Source: Clostridia bacterium (GTDB lineage Bacteria > Bacillota > Clostridia > Oscillospirales > CAG-272). Taken from it: 64,000 nucleotides of DNA. Of the stretch, positions 10,491-21,569 are shown piece by piece (position 1 is the first letter of the stretch; each line of letters starts with the position of its first letter). The translations under genes were made by a program, and so were the position numbers. The stretch lies in the NCBI GenBank assembly GCA_017467815.1, contig JAFUKI010000077.1, positions 4,797 through 68,796 of the forward strand. Reading direction: 5' to 3'. Under the pieces are notes generated by a model. The model saw only the letters and a list, made by a program, of their open reading frames with translations, did no database searches and was not told the DNA's origin.

Positions 10491-11033
10491 ATGGCTGCAA
10501 GAATGAAAGAATTATACACTTCTGAAGTTGCTCCCGCTCTGATGAAGAAATTCGAATACAAGAGCGTAATGCAGATTCCGAAGTTGGATAAGATCGTTAT
10601 CAACGTTGGCGCCGGCGATGCTAAGGAAAACTCCAAGGTGATCGACGCTATCATGGCAGACCTGGCCGCTATCACCGGTCAGAAGCCTGTACCTACCTAC
10701 GCTAAGAAATCCGTTGCGAACTTCAAGCTGCGTGAAGGCATGAAGATCGGTGTAAAGGTTACTCTCCGCGGCGAAAAGATGTACGAATTCATGGACAGAC
10801 TGTTCAACTTCGCACTGCCCCGCGTACGTGACTTCAAGGGTATCAACCCCGACGCTTTCGATGGCCGCGGTAACTATGCACTGGGTCTGAAAGAACAGCT
10901 GATCTTCCCCGAAATCGAATACGATAAGGTTGAGAAGATCCGTGGTATGGACATCTGCTTCGTTACCACTGCTCAGACAGACGCAGAAGCCAAGGAACTG
11001 CTCACTCTCATGGGCGCTCCCTTTGCTAAGTAA
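10491..11033 (+). CDS. rplE: 50S ribosomal protein L5
   Basis: [35 protein letters not shown]... Confidence 0.97.
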   Translation: MAARMKELYTSEVAPALMKKFEYKSVMQIPKLDKIVINVGAGDAKENSKVIDAIMADLAAITGQKPVPTYAKKSVANFKLREGMKIGVKVTLRGEKMYEFMDRLFNFALPRVRDFKGINPDAFDGRGNYALGLKEQLIFPEIEYDKVEKIRGMDICFVTTAQTDAEAKELLTLMGAPFAK

Positions 11034-11051
11034 TTCAGGAGGTAGGAATAA

Positions 11052-11237
11052 ATGGCTAAAACATCTATGATTCTCAAGCAGCAGAAGAAGCAGAAGTTCT
11101 CCACTCGTGAGTACAACCGCTGCAAGATCTGCGGCCGCCCCCACGCTTACCTCCGCAAGTACGGTATCTGCCGTATCTGCTTCCGTGAGCTGGCTTACAA
11201 GGGCGAAATCCCGGGCGTGCGCAAGGCATCCTGGTAA
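11052..11237 (+). CDS. rpsZ: 30S ribosomal protein S14, zinc-binding type Z
   Basis: [38 protein letters not shown]. Confidence 0.96.
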   Translation: MAKTSMILKQQKKQKFSTREYNRCKICGRPHAYLRKYGICRICFRELAYKGEIPGVRKASW

Positions 11238-11477
11238 ACCAATTTCCCGATTGACTGGGGAACTATAACGAAAATACAGTTCCCCTTCAATACCCCTCTT
11301 TTGGGAGAAATCCCGAAGGAGGCAATATACGTTCCCCACAGATAGGAAAACTTGCAGAACAGTAAGTTTTAACCCTCTGTGTGCGGCCCCTCAAAGCTGA
11401 TCGGAAAGGTAAAAATTCTTGTCAGAACTGTGGGGCAGCAAGAAAAAATTATACTTGCATGACAGGAGGACACAATT

Positions 11478-11876
11478 ATGCAGATTTCTGACGTTATCGC
11501 CGATATGCTCACTCGTATCAGAAATGCGAATAACGCAAAGCACGAAACCGTTGATATCCCCGCTTCCAACATGAAGAAGGCTATTGCCGATATTCTTCTG
11601 AGCGAAGGTTATATCAAGGGCGTGCAGGTCATCGAAGATGGCAAGCAGGGCATCATCCGTATCACTCTGAAGTATGAAGCCGGTAAGCAGAAGGTTATTC
11701 ACGGTCTCCGCCGTGTTTCCAAGCCCGGTCTTCGTATCTACTCCAACTGCGAAGATATGCCCAAGGTTATGAACGGCCTCGGTATCGCGATCGTTTCCAC
11801 TTCCAAGGGTATCATGACCGACAAAAAAGCAAGACGTGAAAATGTAGGCGGCGAGATCCTCGCTTTTGTCTGGTAA
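11478..11876 (+). CDS. rpsH: 30S ribosomal protein S8
   Basis: [25 protein letters not shown]...[28 protein letters not shown]. Confidence 0.97.
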   Translation: MQISDVIADMLTRIRNANNAKHETVDIPASNMKKAIADILLSEGYIKGVQVIEDGKQGIIRITLKYEAGKQKVIHGLRRVSKPGLRIYSNCEDMPKVMNGLGIAIVSTSKGIMTDKKARRENVGGEILAFVW

Positions 11877-11894
11877 GAGAAAGGGAGGCACATT

Positions 11895-12434
11895 ATGTCA
11901 AGAATCGGTAGAGCTCCTATTACGGTTCCCGCTGGTGTAACCGTAACTGTGGGCGATGAAAATCTCATCACTGTTAAGGGTCCCAAGGGTACTCTGACCT
12001 ATACCGCACCTGCTGCTATGACAGTTAAGGTTGACGGCGCTGTTGTTACTGTTGCCCGTCCTAACGACGAAGCAGAAAACCGCGCTCTCCATGGTCTGAC
12101 CCGCACCCTGATCAATAACATGGTTGTTGGTGTTTCCAACGGCTATGAAAAGAAGCTGGAAATCGTTGGCGTTGGTTACAGAGTAGCTAAGGAAGGCAAG
12201 CGTATCGTTCTGAACGTTGGTCATTCCCATCCCATCTACTTCAACGAAGATGACAAAGTAACCTTCGACGTTCCGGATGCAAATACCATTATCGTTAAGA
12301 GCTTTGATAAGCAGTACTGCGGTCACGTTGCAGCGAACATCCGCTCCAAGAGACCTCCGGAACCTTATCACGGTAAGGGTATCAAGTACAGCGACGAACA
12401 TGTACGTCGTAAGGCCGGAAAGACCGGTAAATAA
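11895..12434 (+). CDS. rplF: 50S ribosomal protein L6
   Basis: MSRIGRAPITVPAGVTV...KYSDEHVRRKAGKTGK. Confidence 0.97.
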   Translation: MSRIGRAPITVPAGVTVTVGDENLITVKGPKGTLTYTAPAAMTVKVDGAVVTVARPNDEAENRALHGLTRTLINNMVVGVSNGYEKKLEIVGVGYRVAKEGKRIVLNVGHSHPIYFNEDDKVTFDVPDANTIIVKSFDKQYCGHVAANIRSKRPPEPYHGKGIKYSDEHVRRKAGKTGK

Positions 12435-12452
12435 TGAAAGGAGACGTTACAA

Positions 12453-12812
12453 ATGGTTAGCAAGAAGGATAAAAATGCGCAGCGTCTTAAGAGACATAAG
12501 AGAGTACGTGCGAAAGTGTCCGGTACCGCTGAACGTCCCCGTCTCGCTGTTTACCGCTCTAACGCACACATCTACGCACAGATCATTGATGATGTCAATG
12601 GTGTAACCCTGTGCGCCGCTTCTTCCACCGAAAAGGCTTTTGAAGGCATCGGCAGCAACAAGGAAGCTGCTAAGAAGGTCGGCATGGCTATCGCTGAAAG
12701 AGCAAAGGCAAAGGGTATCGACGCTGTAGTCTTTGACCGCGGCGGTTATATCTATCACGGACGTGTATCGGAACTTGCTGCAGGTGCAAGAGAAGGCGGT
12801 CTGAACTTCTGA
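12453..12812 (+). CDS. rplR: 50S ribosomal protein L18
   Basis: [37 protein letters not shown]...[12 protein letters not shown]. Confidence 0.96.
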   Translation: MVSKKDKNAQRLKRHKRVRAKVSGTAERPRLAVYRSNAHIYAQIIDDVNGVTLCAASSTEKAFEGIGSNKEAAKKVGMAIAERAKAKGIDAVVFDRGGYIYHGRVSELAAGAREGGLNF

Positions 12813-12984
12813 GTTCATCCCCCGATCTGCTCACGCAAGCCCCCGGTTTGTACACCCGGTGAAACGGCGGTTTACCGTGTGCCGGCTTCCTATGACAAGG
12901 TCACACAGATTCCGAGCCTGTGTGGAAGCTGCTTCCCGTTTCCCCGGCAGATTATCATTTCAATATTAAATTTGGAGAGACGAA

Positions 12985-13488
12985 ATGGCTAAGAGATTTA
13001 ATCCCGAAGAACTCGACCTGCAGGAAAAGCAGGTTGTCATCCGCCGTGTATCCAAAACAGTAAAGGGTGGTCGTATCGCCCGCTTTGCTGCTGTTATGGT
13101 TGTAGGCGATGAAAACGGTCACGTTGGCTACGGTATCGGTAAGGCTGCCGAAGTTCCGGAAGCTGTTCGTAAGGCTGTTGAAGATGCAAAGAAGAATATG
13201 ATCGAAGTTTCCCTCAACGAAACCACCATTCCCCACGAAGTTCTGGGTGAATTCGGTGCAGGTAAGGTTCTGCTGAAGCCGGCTCCCAAAGGTACCGGTA
13301 TCATCGCAGGTAAGACCGTACGTGTTGTAATGGAAATGGCAGGTATCAAGAATATCCGTTCCAAGTGCCTCCGTTCCAACAACCCCGTAAACGTAGTTAA
13401 GGCTACCTTTGAGGGTCTGAAGATGCTCCGCACTGCTGAACAGGTTGCTAAGACCCGTGGCATCAGCGTGGAACAGGTAACTGAATAA
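12985..13488 (+). CDS. rpsE: 30S ribosomal protein S5
   Basis: [43 protein letters not shown]. Confidence 0.97.
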   Translation: MAKRFNPEELDLQEKQVVIRRVSKTVKGGRIARFAAVMVVGDENGHVGYGIGKAAEVPEAVRKAVEDAKKNMIEVSLNETTIPHEVLGEFGAGKVLLKPAPKGTGIIAGKTVRVVMEMAGIKNIRSKCLRSNNPVNVVKATFEGLKMLRTAEQVAKTRGISVEQVTE

Positions 13489-13501
13489 GGAGGTTATGAG
13501 A

Positions 13502-13681
13502 ATGGAAAACGTAAAAATCACTCTGAAGAAGAGTCTCATAGCCGCAAAGCCCAACCAGAAGGCAACTGCCGCCTCCCTCGGCCTGCGTAAGATCGGTGAT
13601 TCCATCGTTCACGCAGCAGGTCCGGTGCTTGACGGTAAAGTTAAGGTACTCGCTCACCTGGTATCCGTGGAGAAGGCGTAA
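13502..13681 (+). CDS. rpmD: 50S ribosomal protein L30
   Basis: MENVKITLKKSLIAAKPNQKATAASLGLRKIGDSIVH. Confidence 0.94.
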   Translation: MENVKITLKKSLIAAKPNQKATAASLGLRKIGDSIVHAAGPVLDGKVKVLAHLVSVEKA

Positions 13682-13734
13682 GCCCTCCGAAAGAAATTTT
13701 ATAGAAGGATTTTTAGTAAGGAGGAAAAACACGT

Positions 13735-14178
13735 ATGAAGCTCCATGAACTTTCTCCGGCACCCGGTTCCGTTAAGGAAGGTTTCCGGAAGGGTAGAGGT
13801 CCTGGATCCGGTAACGGCAAAACTGCCGGTAAGGGTCACAAGGGTCAGAACGCTCGTTCCGGCGGCGGTGTTCGTATTGGTTTCGAAGGCGGTCAGCTCC
13901 CTCTGTACAGAAAGCTGCCCAAGAGAGGTTTCAAGAACCATTTTGCAAAGGAATATGCCATTGTAAATGTTGAAACCCTGAATAAGTATTTTAATGACGG
14001 TGATACCGTTAATCTGGAAGCCCTGATGGCTGCCGGCATTATTAAGAAGTCTTTAGACGGTCTGAAGGTCCTCGGCAACGGCGAAATCACTAAAAAATTA
14101 ACCGTTGAAGCTACCATCTTTTCAGCAAGCGCAAAGGAAAAGATAGAAGCGGTTGGTGGAAAGACCGAGGTGGTATAA
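13735..14178 (+). CDS. rplO: 50S ribosomal protein L15
   Basis: [41 protein letters not shown]. Confidence 0.97.
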   Translation: MKLHELSPAPGSVKEGFRKGRGPGSGNGKTAGKGHKGQNARSGGGVRIGFEGGQLPLYRKLPKRGFKNHFAKEYAIVNVETLNKYFNDGDTVNLEALMAAGIIKKSLDGLKVLGNGEITKKLTVEATIFSASAKEKIEAVGGKTEVV

Positions 14179-14179
14179 A

Positions 14180-15511
14180 GTGTTTGAGACAATCAAAAAT
14201 GCGTGGAAAGTAGCGGATCTGAAAAAGAAACTGCTGTTTACTTTGTTCATCATTGTGCTGTACCGCGTAGGTACCGCAATCCCGATCCCTTATGTGGATT
14301 CCAACATGCTCAGTCTGTATATGTCTGCAACTGGCGGATCCATTTTCCAGTACCTCAATCTTATCACTGGTAACGCATTTGCGAATGCAACGCTTTTTGC
14401 TCTTGGTATCAACCCCTATATCACAGCATCCATCGTAATGCAGCTTCTCTGCATCGCTATCCCTTATCTGGAAAGACTTTCCAAAGAAGGGGAAGAAGGC
14501 AAGAAGAAGATCAATCAGATCACCCGTTATGTAACCGTAGCGCTGGGTCTGATCACCGCTTTTGGTTATTACCAGCTGCTGAAGGCGAACAGTGTTATTG
14601 TTGACACTTCCGTGTTCGCTGCATTTGTTATCATCCTCAGCTACTGTGCCGGTTCTTCTCTGGTTATGTGGCTTGCTGAAAAAATCAATGAAGACGGTAT
14701 CGGCAACGGTATCTCCATGATCCTGTTCGCCAATATCATCTCCCGTCTGCCTGCCGGTGTCAGCACCCTCTGGACGCTCGTTACCGGTCAGGGTACCTAC
14801 CTGAAGGCAGACGACACCACCGGTACCATCCCCATGTGGCTTGGTATCATCCTCGCTGTAGTGATCGTAGTCTTTGCGATTGCAATGGTTGCATTCATCG
14901 TATGGATGACACACAGTGAACGTCGTATTCCGGTACAGTACGCAAAGAAAGTTGTCGGCAGAAAAGTATATGGCGGCCAGTCCTCCAATCTGCCCATCAA
15001 GGTCAACATGACCGGCGTTATGCCCATCATCTTCGCGAACTCTATCATTACGATTCCCCAGACCATCGCTATGTTCCTGCCCACACCCGCGGAAGGCTCC
15101 TTCTGGGCTGGCTTCCTCGGCCTGTTCGCAGCCGATAGCGTGTTCTATGCGATCCTGACCTTTGTTCTGATCGTTGCATTTGCATACTTCTACATCTCCA
15201 TTTCTTTCAACCCCGTAGAAGTTTCCAACAACATGAAGGCAAACGGCGGATTCATTCCCGGTATTCGTCCCGGTCGTCCGACTGCGGAGTTTATCACCAA
15301 GATTTTGTCCCGTGTAACCTTTATCGGCGCTCTGTGCCTTGGCATTATTGCAGTTGTTCCGCTGCTGGCTAACATCGTTACCCGCGGCGCAATGTCCGGT
15401 CTCGCATTCGGTGGTTCTTCCGTTATCATCCTCTGCGGTGTAATTCTGGAAACCATCCGCGAAATCGAAGCACAGATGACCATGCGTCATTATAAAGGAT
15501 TCCTTGAATAA
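14180..15511 (+). CDS. secY: Preprotein translocase subunit SecY (GTG start)
   Basis: ETIKNAWKVADLKKKLLFTLFIIVLYRVGTAIPIP...; GTG at 14180, 1 nt after the rplO stop. Confidence 0.96.
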   Translation: MFETIKNAWKVADLKKKLLFTLFIIVLYRVGTAIPIPYVDSNMLSLYMSATGGSIFQYLNLITGNAFANATLFALGINPYITASIVMQLLCIAIPYLERLSKEGEEGKKKINQITRYVTVALGLITAFGYYQLLKANSVIVDTSVFAAFVIILSYCAGSSLVMWLAEKINEDGIGNGISMILFANIISRLPAGVSTLWTLVTGQGTYLKADDTTGTIPMWLGIILAVVIVVFAIAMVAFIVWMTHSERRIPVQYAKKVVGRKVYGGQSSNLPIKVNMTGVMPIIFANSIITIPQTIAMFLPTPAEGSFWAGFLGLFAADSVFYAILTFVLIVAFAYFYISISFNPVEVSNNMKANGGFIPGIRPGRPTAEFITKILSRVTFIGALCLGIIAVVPLLANIVTRGAMSGLAFGGSSVIILCGVILETIREIEAQMTMRHYKGFLE

Positions 15512-15628
15512 TACCGACGGTATTGTTTTTGAAACAGCGGGAAACGGCGGCGGAGAACTTAATTGTCTTCCCTGCCGTTTTCCTGCCTGTTTGGGTTTTT
15601 ATCAATCAAACGCTGATTAGGAGTTATA

Positions 15629-16264
15629 ATGAGAAAAATTAACCTCATTCTTCTGGGCGCGCCCGGTGCCGGCAAAGGTACCCAGGCAGAAATCATTTCT
15701 GAAAAATTCGCAATTCCCTCCATTTCCACCGGCGCTATGATCCGTGAAGCGATCGCAGCAGGAAGTGAACTGGGTCTGCGGGTCAAGAGTTATATTGACA
15801 AGGGCGAGCTGGTTCCCGATGCAGTCGTAATCGACATCATCAAGGAACGGCTGGCAAAACCCGACTGTGCCAACGGCTTCATTCTGGACGGTTTCCCGCG
15901 TACCGTTCCCCAGGCAGCAGCTCTGGACGAAATGGGCGTGGAAATCACCGATGTCATTTCCATCGAAGTGGCTGACGAGTCCATCATGGAACGTATGGGC
16001 GGCAGACGGGTATGTAAGAAGTGCGGTGCAACCTACCACACCAAGTACAATCCTTCCCCCAAGGGCGAGCTTTGCGCTTGCGGCGAACCTCTGACCATCC
16101 GTTCCGATGACGATCCGGAAGTGGTTAAGAGCCGCCTTGTGGTATACCACGAACAGACCGAACCCCTGAAGGATTTCTATCAGGAAAAGGGTCTGCTGAA
16201 ACTGGTTTACGGTCAGGAAAAGCTGGACGATACCACTTCCCTGACACTGGAAGCACTGGCATAA
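15629..16264 (+). CDS. adk: Adenylate kinase (Cys4 zinc LID)
   Basis: NLILLGAPGAGKGTQAE...CKKCGATYHTKYNPSPKGELCACGEPL. Confidence 0.97.
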   Translation: MRKINLILLGAPGAGKGTQAEIISEKFAIPSISTGAMIREAIAAGSELGLRVKSYIDKGELVPDAVVIDIIKERLAKPDCANGFILDGFPRTVPQAAALDEMGVEITDVISIEVADESIMERMGGRRVCKKCGATYHTKYNPSPKGELCACGEPLTIRSDDDPEVVKSRLVVYHEQTEPLKDFYQEKGLLKLVYGQEKLDDTTSLTLEALA

Positions 16265-16295
16265 CAGTTGGCAAAGATAGAAGGCATATAGTTTT

Positions 16296-17051
16296 ATGAT
16301 TATTGTGAAAACCGCTGACCAGATCCGTCGGATGAAGCTGGCAGGCAGAATTACCGGTGAAGCCCTTTACCTGGCCCGCGAAATGGTCAAGGAAGGCGTA
16401 ACTACAAAACAGATCGACGACAAGATCCGGCAGCATATCGAAAAATGCGGTGCCAAACCCTCTTTCCTGGGTTACGGCGGATTTCCCGCCAGTGCCTGCA
16501 TTTCCATCAACAATGAAGTCATCCACGGGATCCCTTCACCGAATCGTGTTCTGAAGGAAGGCGACATTGTGAAAATTGACGTGGGTGCGTTCATCGGCGG
16601 CTTCCACGGAGACAGCGCCAATACCTTCGGGGTTGGAAAGATCGCTCCGGAAGCACAGAGACTGATCGACGTCACCAAACACAGTTTTGAACTGGGTGTA
16701 GCTGCCATCAATGTGGAAGCCGGACGTATCGGTGATATCGGCAATGCCATTGATACCTACGTCAGAGAAAACGGTTTCTCCACGGTCAAAAAGTACGTCG
16801 GTCACGGTGTCGGCGCAGACCTTCATGAAGATCCCAATGTTCCCAACTTCGGAACAGCCGGACGTGGTGCGAGATTGTGCCGCGGCATGACCATTGCCAT
16901 TGAGCCGATGGTAAATATGGGCGGCCCGGAAGTGATCGAGCGCCCGGATCACTGGACTGTGGTTACCAAGGACGGTTCCCTGTCTGCCCACTATGAGCAC
17001 TCTGTGGCGCTCACTGCAGACGGTGTGATCCTGCTGACCAAGGTGGATTGA
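16296..17051 (+). CDS. map: Type I methionyl aminopeptidase
   Basis: IIVKTADQIRRMKLAGRI...VGHGVGADLHEDPNVPNFG...EPMVNMGG. Confidence 0.96.
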   Translation: MIIVKTADQIRRMKLAGRITGEALYLAREMVKEGVTTKQIDDKIRQHIEKCGAKPSFLGYGGFPASACISINNEVIHGIPSPNRVLKEGDIVKIDVGAFIGGFHGDSANTFGVGKIAPEAQRLIDVTKHSFELGVAAINVEAGRIGDIGNAIDTYVRENGFSTVKKYVGHGVGADLHEDPNVPNFGTAGRGARLCRGMTIAIEPMVNMGGPEVIERPDHWTVVTKDGSLSAHYEHSVALTADGVILLTKVD

Positions 17052-17052
17052 T

Positions 17053-17382
17053 ATGCCACGGGATGGTACAGCCGCATTTGGCACAGTAGTGCAGTCCGTT
17101 GCCGGCAGAGACAGATTCCGCGTGTTCCTCGTTATCGGGGAAGGCATGGAACGGGGGTATCCCACCGTAAAAGTGGTGAACGGAACCCTCCACCGGCTGG
17201 AAAAACCGAAAATCAAGCATCTGTCCCATGTACGGGTCATCGCACATCTGACAGAGAGCGAAATAGCGGAATTCCGGATTGACTATTCTGACAAAAAAGC
17301 AGCAGAATTGGTTGCCAAATATGACTATAACAGAGAAAATGCTGGTTTGATGCATAAAAAAATCAAATCTGTATTGACATAA
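17053..17382 (+). CDS. KOW-domain protein (ribosomal L14e/L6e/L27e-like)
   Basis: GTVVQSVAGRDRFRVFLVIG...VNGTLHRLEKPKIKHLSHVRVIA; position between map and infA. Confidence 0.75.
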   Translation: MPRDGTAAFGTVVQSVAGRDRFRVFLVIGEGMERGYPTVKVVNGTLHRLEKPKIKHLSHVRVIAHLTESEIAEFRIDYSDKKAAELVAKYDYNRENAGLMHKKIKSVLT

Positions 17383-17402
17383 TGAAGGTTTTCACGTATA
17401 AT
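17374..17402 (+). promoter_or_regulatory. Perfect-consensus sigma-A promoter TTGACA-17-TATAAT upstream of infA
   Basis: TTGACA 17374-17379, TATAAT 17397-17402, overlapping the 3' end of the KOW gene. Confidence 0.75.
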
Positions 17403-17477
17403 ATTAAGACGGTGTGCTATGGCATTTTTTGAAAATGCTAAAGCAAAAAAATTGCACACAATGGGGAGGAGACGCTT

Positions 17478-17699
17478 TTGCCTAAGGATGACGTAATTGA
17501 ATTCGAAGGTACGATCGTGGAAGCACTGCCGAATGCAACATTCAAAGTAAAGCTTCCCAATGATATGATCGTGACGGCTCATATTTCCGGTAAACTCAGG
17601 ATGAATTATATCAGAATTCTTCCCGGTGATAAGGTTACGGTGGAAGTATCCATCTATGACCCCACCAAGGGCAGAATCACATGGAGAACAAAGGGTTAA
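17478..17699 (+). CDS. infA: Translation initiation factor IF-1 (TTG start)
   Basis: [57 protein letters not shown]. Confidence 0.96.
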   Translation: MPKDDVIEFEGTIVEALPNATFKVKLPNDMIVTAHISGKLRMNYIRILPGDKVTVEVSIYDPTKGRITWRTKG

Positions 17700-17980
17700 T
17701 CCGGCACACGTGGCTGCGTGTAACGGCTGCACAGTTCTGAATCCGAAAGGGTTTCCGAAACGCGGAAAACTTGCATTCCGCCGGAGGGTTATCCGGAGCA
17801 TACCTTATATAAGAGGTAGATGACCGGGTGGACAGAGCGAGCAGACAGGTGTGACAGAAAGACTCTTTTATCCGAAGAACAGGGAGCTGAGCCTTGTTCT
17901 GTTTCCGGTGTCGGGATTTCGCATTTCACCGGCACGGGGGATCAATACTCAGATGAACAAGAGAAAGGTGGAAAAATACT

Positions 17981-18094
17981 GTGAAAGTTAAGCCTTCCGT
18001 AAAAAAGATCTGCGAAAAGTGCAAAGTTATCAAGCGTCACGGTCGCATTATGGTGATCTGTGAGAACCCCAAGCACAAGCAGAGACAGGGTTAA
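17981..18094 (+). CDS. rpmJ: 50S ribosomal protein L36 (GTG start; absent from ORF track)
   Basis: GTG AAA GTT AAG ... = [37 protein letters not shown]; RBS gaaaggtgg. Confidence 0.96.
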   Translation: MKVKPSVKKICEKCKVIKRHGRIMVICENPKHKQRQG

Positions 18095-18118
18095 TTTCGA
18101 GAAAGGTGGAAGAAGCAT

Positions 18119-18487
18119 ATGGCTCGTATATCCGGTGTTGATATTCCGAATTCCAAGCGTGTCGAGATCGCTCTTACCTATATTTACGGTATCGGTCTGA
18201 AGAGCTCCAAGGATATCCTGGCAAAGACAGGCATCAATCCTGACATCAGAGCAAAGGATCTTACCGAAGACGACATCGCAAAGCTGCGTGACGAAATTGA
18301 AAACAACTACACTGTAGAAGGTGAACTTCGTCGTGAAGTTGCCATGAACATCAAGCGTCTCGTAGAAATCAACTGCTACCGCGGCATTCGTCACAGAAAA
18401 GGCCTGCCGGTTCGTGGTCAGAGAACCAAGACCAACGCAAGAACCAGAAAAGGTCCCGCTAAGACGATTGCTAACAAGAAGAAGTAA
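18119..18487 (+). CDS. rpsM: 30S ribosomal protein S13
   Basis: [26 protein letters not shown]...[23 protein letters not shown]. Confidence 0.98.
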   Translation: MARISGVDIPNSKRVEIALTYIYGIGLKSSKDILAKTGINPDIRAKDLTEDDIAKLRDEIENNYTVEGELRREVAMNIKRLVEINCYRGIRHRKGLPVRGQRTKTNARTRKGPAKTIANKKK

Positions 18488-18507
18488 TAAAGGAGTGAGA
18501 GAACGAA

Positions 18508-18903
18508 ATGGCTAAAGTCGCTAAGAAAGTCATCAAGAAGCGTCGTGACCGGAAGAATATTGAAAAAGGTCATGCACATATCCGTTCTACCTTCAACAAT
18601 ACCATCGTAACCATCACTGATGTTATGGGTAACACCGTAGCATGGGCATCCTCCGGCGGCATGGGCTTTAAGGGTTCCAAGAAGAACACTCCCTTCGCTG
18701 CACAGACCGCTGCTGAAGCTGCTGCAAAGGGCGCTATGGAACATGGTATGAAGACTGTTGAAGTTTACGTTAAGGGCCCCGGTAACGGACGTGAAGCCGC
18801 TATTCGTGCGCTGCAGACTGCCGGTCTGGACATCACCCTGATCAAGGACGTTACCCCCATCCCCCACAACGGATGCCGTCCGCCCAAGCGTAGAAGAGTA
18901 TAA
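18508..18903 (+). CDS. rpsK: 30S ribosomal protein S11
   Basis: [18 protein letters not shown]...[13 protein letters not shown]. Confidence 0.98.
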   Translation: MAKVAKKVIKKRRDRKNIEKGHAHIRSTFNNTIVTITDVMGNTVAWASSGGMGFKGSKKNTPFAAQTAAEAAAKGAMEHGMKTVEVYVKGPGNGREAAIRALQTAGLDITLIKDVTPIPHNGCRPPKRRRV

Positions 18904-18925
18904 GGAAATTTAGGAGGAAAATAAT

Positions 18926-19552
18926 ATGGCAAGATATACAGGTCCTTCCTGCAAGCTCTGCCGCAGAGAAGGCAAGAAGCTTTTCCTCAAGGGAGATCGC
19001 TGCTTATCTGATAAGTGTGCCGTTGCCCGCCGTACGACCGTTCCCGGTCAGCATGGTGCAGGCCGCAAGCAGATCAAGGAATATGGCCTCCAGCACAGAG
19101 AAAAGATGACTGCACGCCGCTACTATGGTGTACAGGAAAAGCAGTTCAAGTCCTACTATGTAAAGGCTGATAAGACCGCTGGTGTTACCGGTGAAAACCT
19201 GCTGACAATTCTGGAATGCCGTCTGGACAACCTGGTATACAGAATGGGTCTGGCATCCAGCCGTAAGGAAGCTCGTCAGCTGATCCGTCACGCACACTTC
19301 ACCCTCAACGGCAAGAAGGTAGACATTCCGTCCATCATCTGCAAGGTTGGCGATGTAGTTGCTGTAAAGGAAAAGAGCAAGGGTTCTGAAAAGTTCAAGG
19401 CTCTGATCGAAGCATCCGAAACCGCAGTTACCCCGAAGTGGCTGGAAGTAGATCAGGCAAACGCATCTGCAAAGATGATCGCTATGCCTAAGAGAGACGA
19501 TGTAGATTTCCCGTTCGAAGAACAGCTTATCGTCGAACTTTACTCCAAGTAA
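18926..19552 (+). CDS. rpsD: 30S ribosomal protein S4
   Basis: [23 protein letters not shown]...[37 protein letters not shown]. Confidence 0.98.
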   Translation: MARYTGPSCKLCRREGKKLFLKGDRCLSDKCAVARRTTVPGQHGAGRKQIKEYGLQHREKMTARRYYGVQEKQFKSYYVKADKTAGVTGENLLTILECRLDNLVYRMGLASSRKEARQLIRHAHFTLNGKKVDIPSIICKVGDVVAVKEKSKGSEKFKALIEASETAVTPKWLEVDQANASAKMIAMPKRDDVDFPFEEQLIVELYSK

Positions 19553-19722
19553 TAACCTACCCAAAGCGCTGCTCTGCGGGACAGTTTTCCCCATCCATAT
19601 GGCAGAAACGGTTTGGAGTGAAGTTCAGCTGACGCAGAGCACAGGCATGTATTTTGCAAGAATCGTAGTATTCCCCAAAAATATGTGGATTCGCAAAAAT
19701 TAGAAACGGAGGGTTATTATTA

Positions 19723-20694
19723 ATGATTGAGATAGAAAAGCCGAATATTGCGACAATCAATTTAAGCGAAGACGGTACAAATGGGAAGTTCATCATCGAA
19801 CCCCTGGAAAGAGGTTACGGCATTACGCTTGGTAACTCTCTTCGTCGCGTACTGCTCAGTTCCCTTCCCGGCGTTGCGGTAACCAGCATCAAGATCGACG
19901 GCGTACTTCATGAAATTTCCACCATTCCCGGTGTAAAGGAAGACGTTACCGAGATCGTACTGAATGTTAAGGGCATTACCGCCAAGCTGCATACTGATGA
20001 ACCCAAGATGGTTGTCATCGAAAGCACAGGTGCTTGTGACATCACGGCGGGCGATATCAAGCAGGATGCAGATATTGAGATCCTGAATCCGGATCATCAC
20101 ATTGCGACAGTTGGTGAAAACGTACGTTTCCGTATGGAACTGACCTTCGACCACGGCCGCGGTTATGTATCCCAGGAAAAGAACAAGCAGCTGTACCAGA
20201 CGATCAGTCAGGGTGCATCCGCTCCCATCGGCACCATTTTCACAGACTCGATTTACACTCCGGTTTATAACGTAAACTATACCGTCGAAAACACCCGCGT
20301 AGGCAGCAACACAGACTACGACAGACTGACTCTGGAAGTGCTGACCAACGGTGTGATTTTGGCGAAAGAAGCGATTTCTCTCGGCGCCAAGATACTCAAC
20401 GAGCATCTCAATTTGTTCGTCGATCTCTCCGACGAGGCAAAGAATGCGGAAATCATGGTTGAACGCGAAGAAACCATCAAAGAAAAGGTTCTTGAGATGA
20501 CCATTGAGGAGCTTGATATGTCCGTACGTAGTTTCAACTGCCTGAAGCGTGCCGGCATAGACACCGTAGAAGACCTGATCAACAGAACTGAGGACGACAT
20601 GATGAAGGTTCGTAACCTCGGTAAGAAGTCGCTGGAAGAAGTTATCCAGAAGCTGCACTCTCTCGGTCTCGACCTCAAGAAAGAGGAAGAATGA
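19723..20694 (+). CDS. rpoA: DNA-directed RNA polymerase subunit alpha
   Basis: [30 protein letters not shown]...; alpha-[27 protein letters not shown]. Confidence 0.98.
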   Translation: MIEIEKPNIATINLSEDGTNGKFIIEPLERGYGITLGNSLRRVLLSSLPGVAVTSIKIDGVLHEISTIPGVKEDVTEIVLNVKGITAKLHTDEPKMVVIESTGACDITAGDIKQDADIEILNPDHHIATVGENVRFRMELTFDHGRGYVSQEKNKQLYQTISQGASAPIGTIFTDSIYTPVYNVNYTVENTRVGSNTDYDRLTLEVLTNGVILAKEAISLGAKILNEHLNLFVDLSDEAKNAEIMVEREETIKEKVLEMTIEELDMSVRSFNCLKRAGIDTVEDLINRTEDDMMKVRNLGKKSLEEVIQKLHSLGLDLKKEEE

Positions 20695-20850
20695 TCAAGC
20701 CGGTTAGGATACCGAAAACTACGGTATACCCCGGTTTGCGCTGAAATGGCAGTGCAGATATAAGAAGATTGAGTAAAGCCCTGATTGTTGGGCGATTTTC
20801 CGACGGTGAAAACCGGACGGATATAAGTAAGCAAAAGGAGGACATGGAAA

Positions 20851-21195
20851 ATGCCCGGTACCAGAAAACTCGGCAGACCCACGGCTCACAGAAACGCTAT
20901 GCTGCGTGGTATGGTAACCTACCTCATCGAGAACGGTTCCATCGAAACCACCCTGACTCGCGCTAAGGAAGTTCGTGCCATTGCTGAAAAGATGATTACC
21001 CTTGGCAAGAAGAACACCCTTGCAAGCCGTCGTGCTGCTCTCGCATACATCACCAAAGAAGATGTTGTAAAGAAGCTCTTCGACGAAACTGCGCCCAAGT
21101 ACGCAGACCGCACTGGTGGTTATACACAGATCTATAAGCTCGGTCCCCGCCGCGGTGATGCAGCCGAAATGGCTCTCATCAAGCTCGTAGACTAA
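20851..21195 (+). CDS. rplQ: 50S ribosomal protein L17
   Basis: [42 protein letters not shown]. Confidence 0.98.
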   Translation: MPGTRKLGRPTAHRNAMLRGMVTYLIENGSIETTLTRAKEVRAIAEKMITLGKKNTLASRRAALAYITKEDVVKKLFDETAPKYADRTGGYTQIYKLGPRRGDAAEMALIKLVD

Positions 21196-21270
21196 TCTTC
21201 ACCAACCTACACCGGATTCATCAGAGTCCGGTGTTTTTGTTTTCTTTTTTTGCAGAGGCTGTTGCATTAA

Positions 21271-21356
21271 GCAGGGGAGGGGGAAACACTTTTTGCGAAA
21301 AAGTATTTCCCCCTCCCCTGCACCCCTCCCTCTTTTCAAAAAACTTCAAAAAAGGG
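21271..21356 (+). repeat. Dispersed double-hairpin intergenic repeat, copy 2
   Basis: gcaggggagggggaaacactttttgcgaaaaagtatttccccctcccctgc + acccctccctcttttcaaaaaacttcaaaaaaggg; 3' of rplQ. Confidence 0.8.
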
Positions 21357-21511
21357 ATTAGCAACAGAAATATTAGATTGATTTAAGGGATGCAGGTTTA
21401 CAAATAACAGTTTTGTGCTCTTTTTCTTAGTTTTTAAAAGTTTTCCTTCCCCCAAAAATTATACTTGCAACAACTCTGCACCCACCCTCTTTAAAAACGA
21501 TGAATATGGTT

Positions 21512-21540
21512 GACATGGGGTGGGGTTTGGAGTATAATGT
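21512..21540 (+). promoter_or_regulatory. Perfect-consensus sigma-A promoter TTGACA-17-TATAAT
   Basis: TTGACA 21512-21517, TATAAT 21535-21540, upstream of the acetyltransferase at 21570. Confidence 0.75.
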
Positions 21541-21569
21541 ATTTATGTTAGATTTGTGGGGGATTTTTT

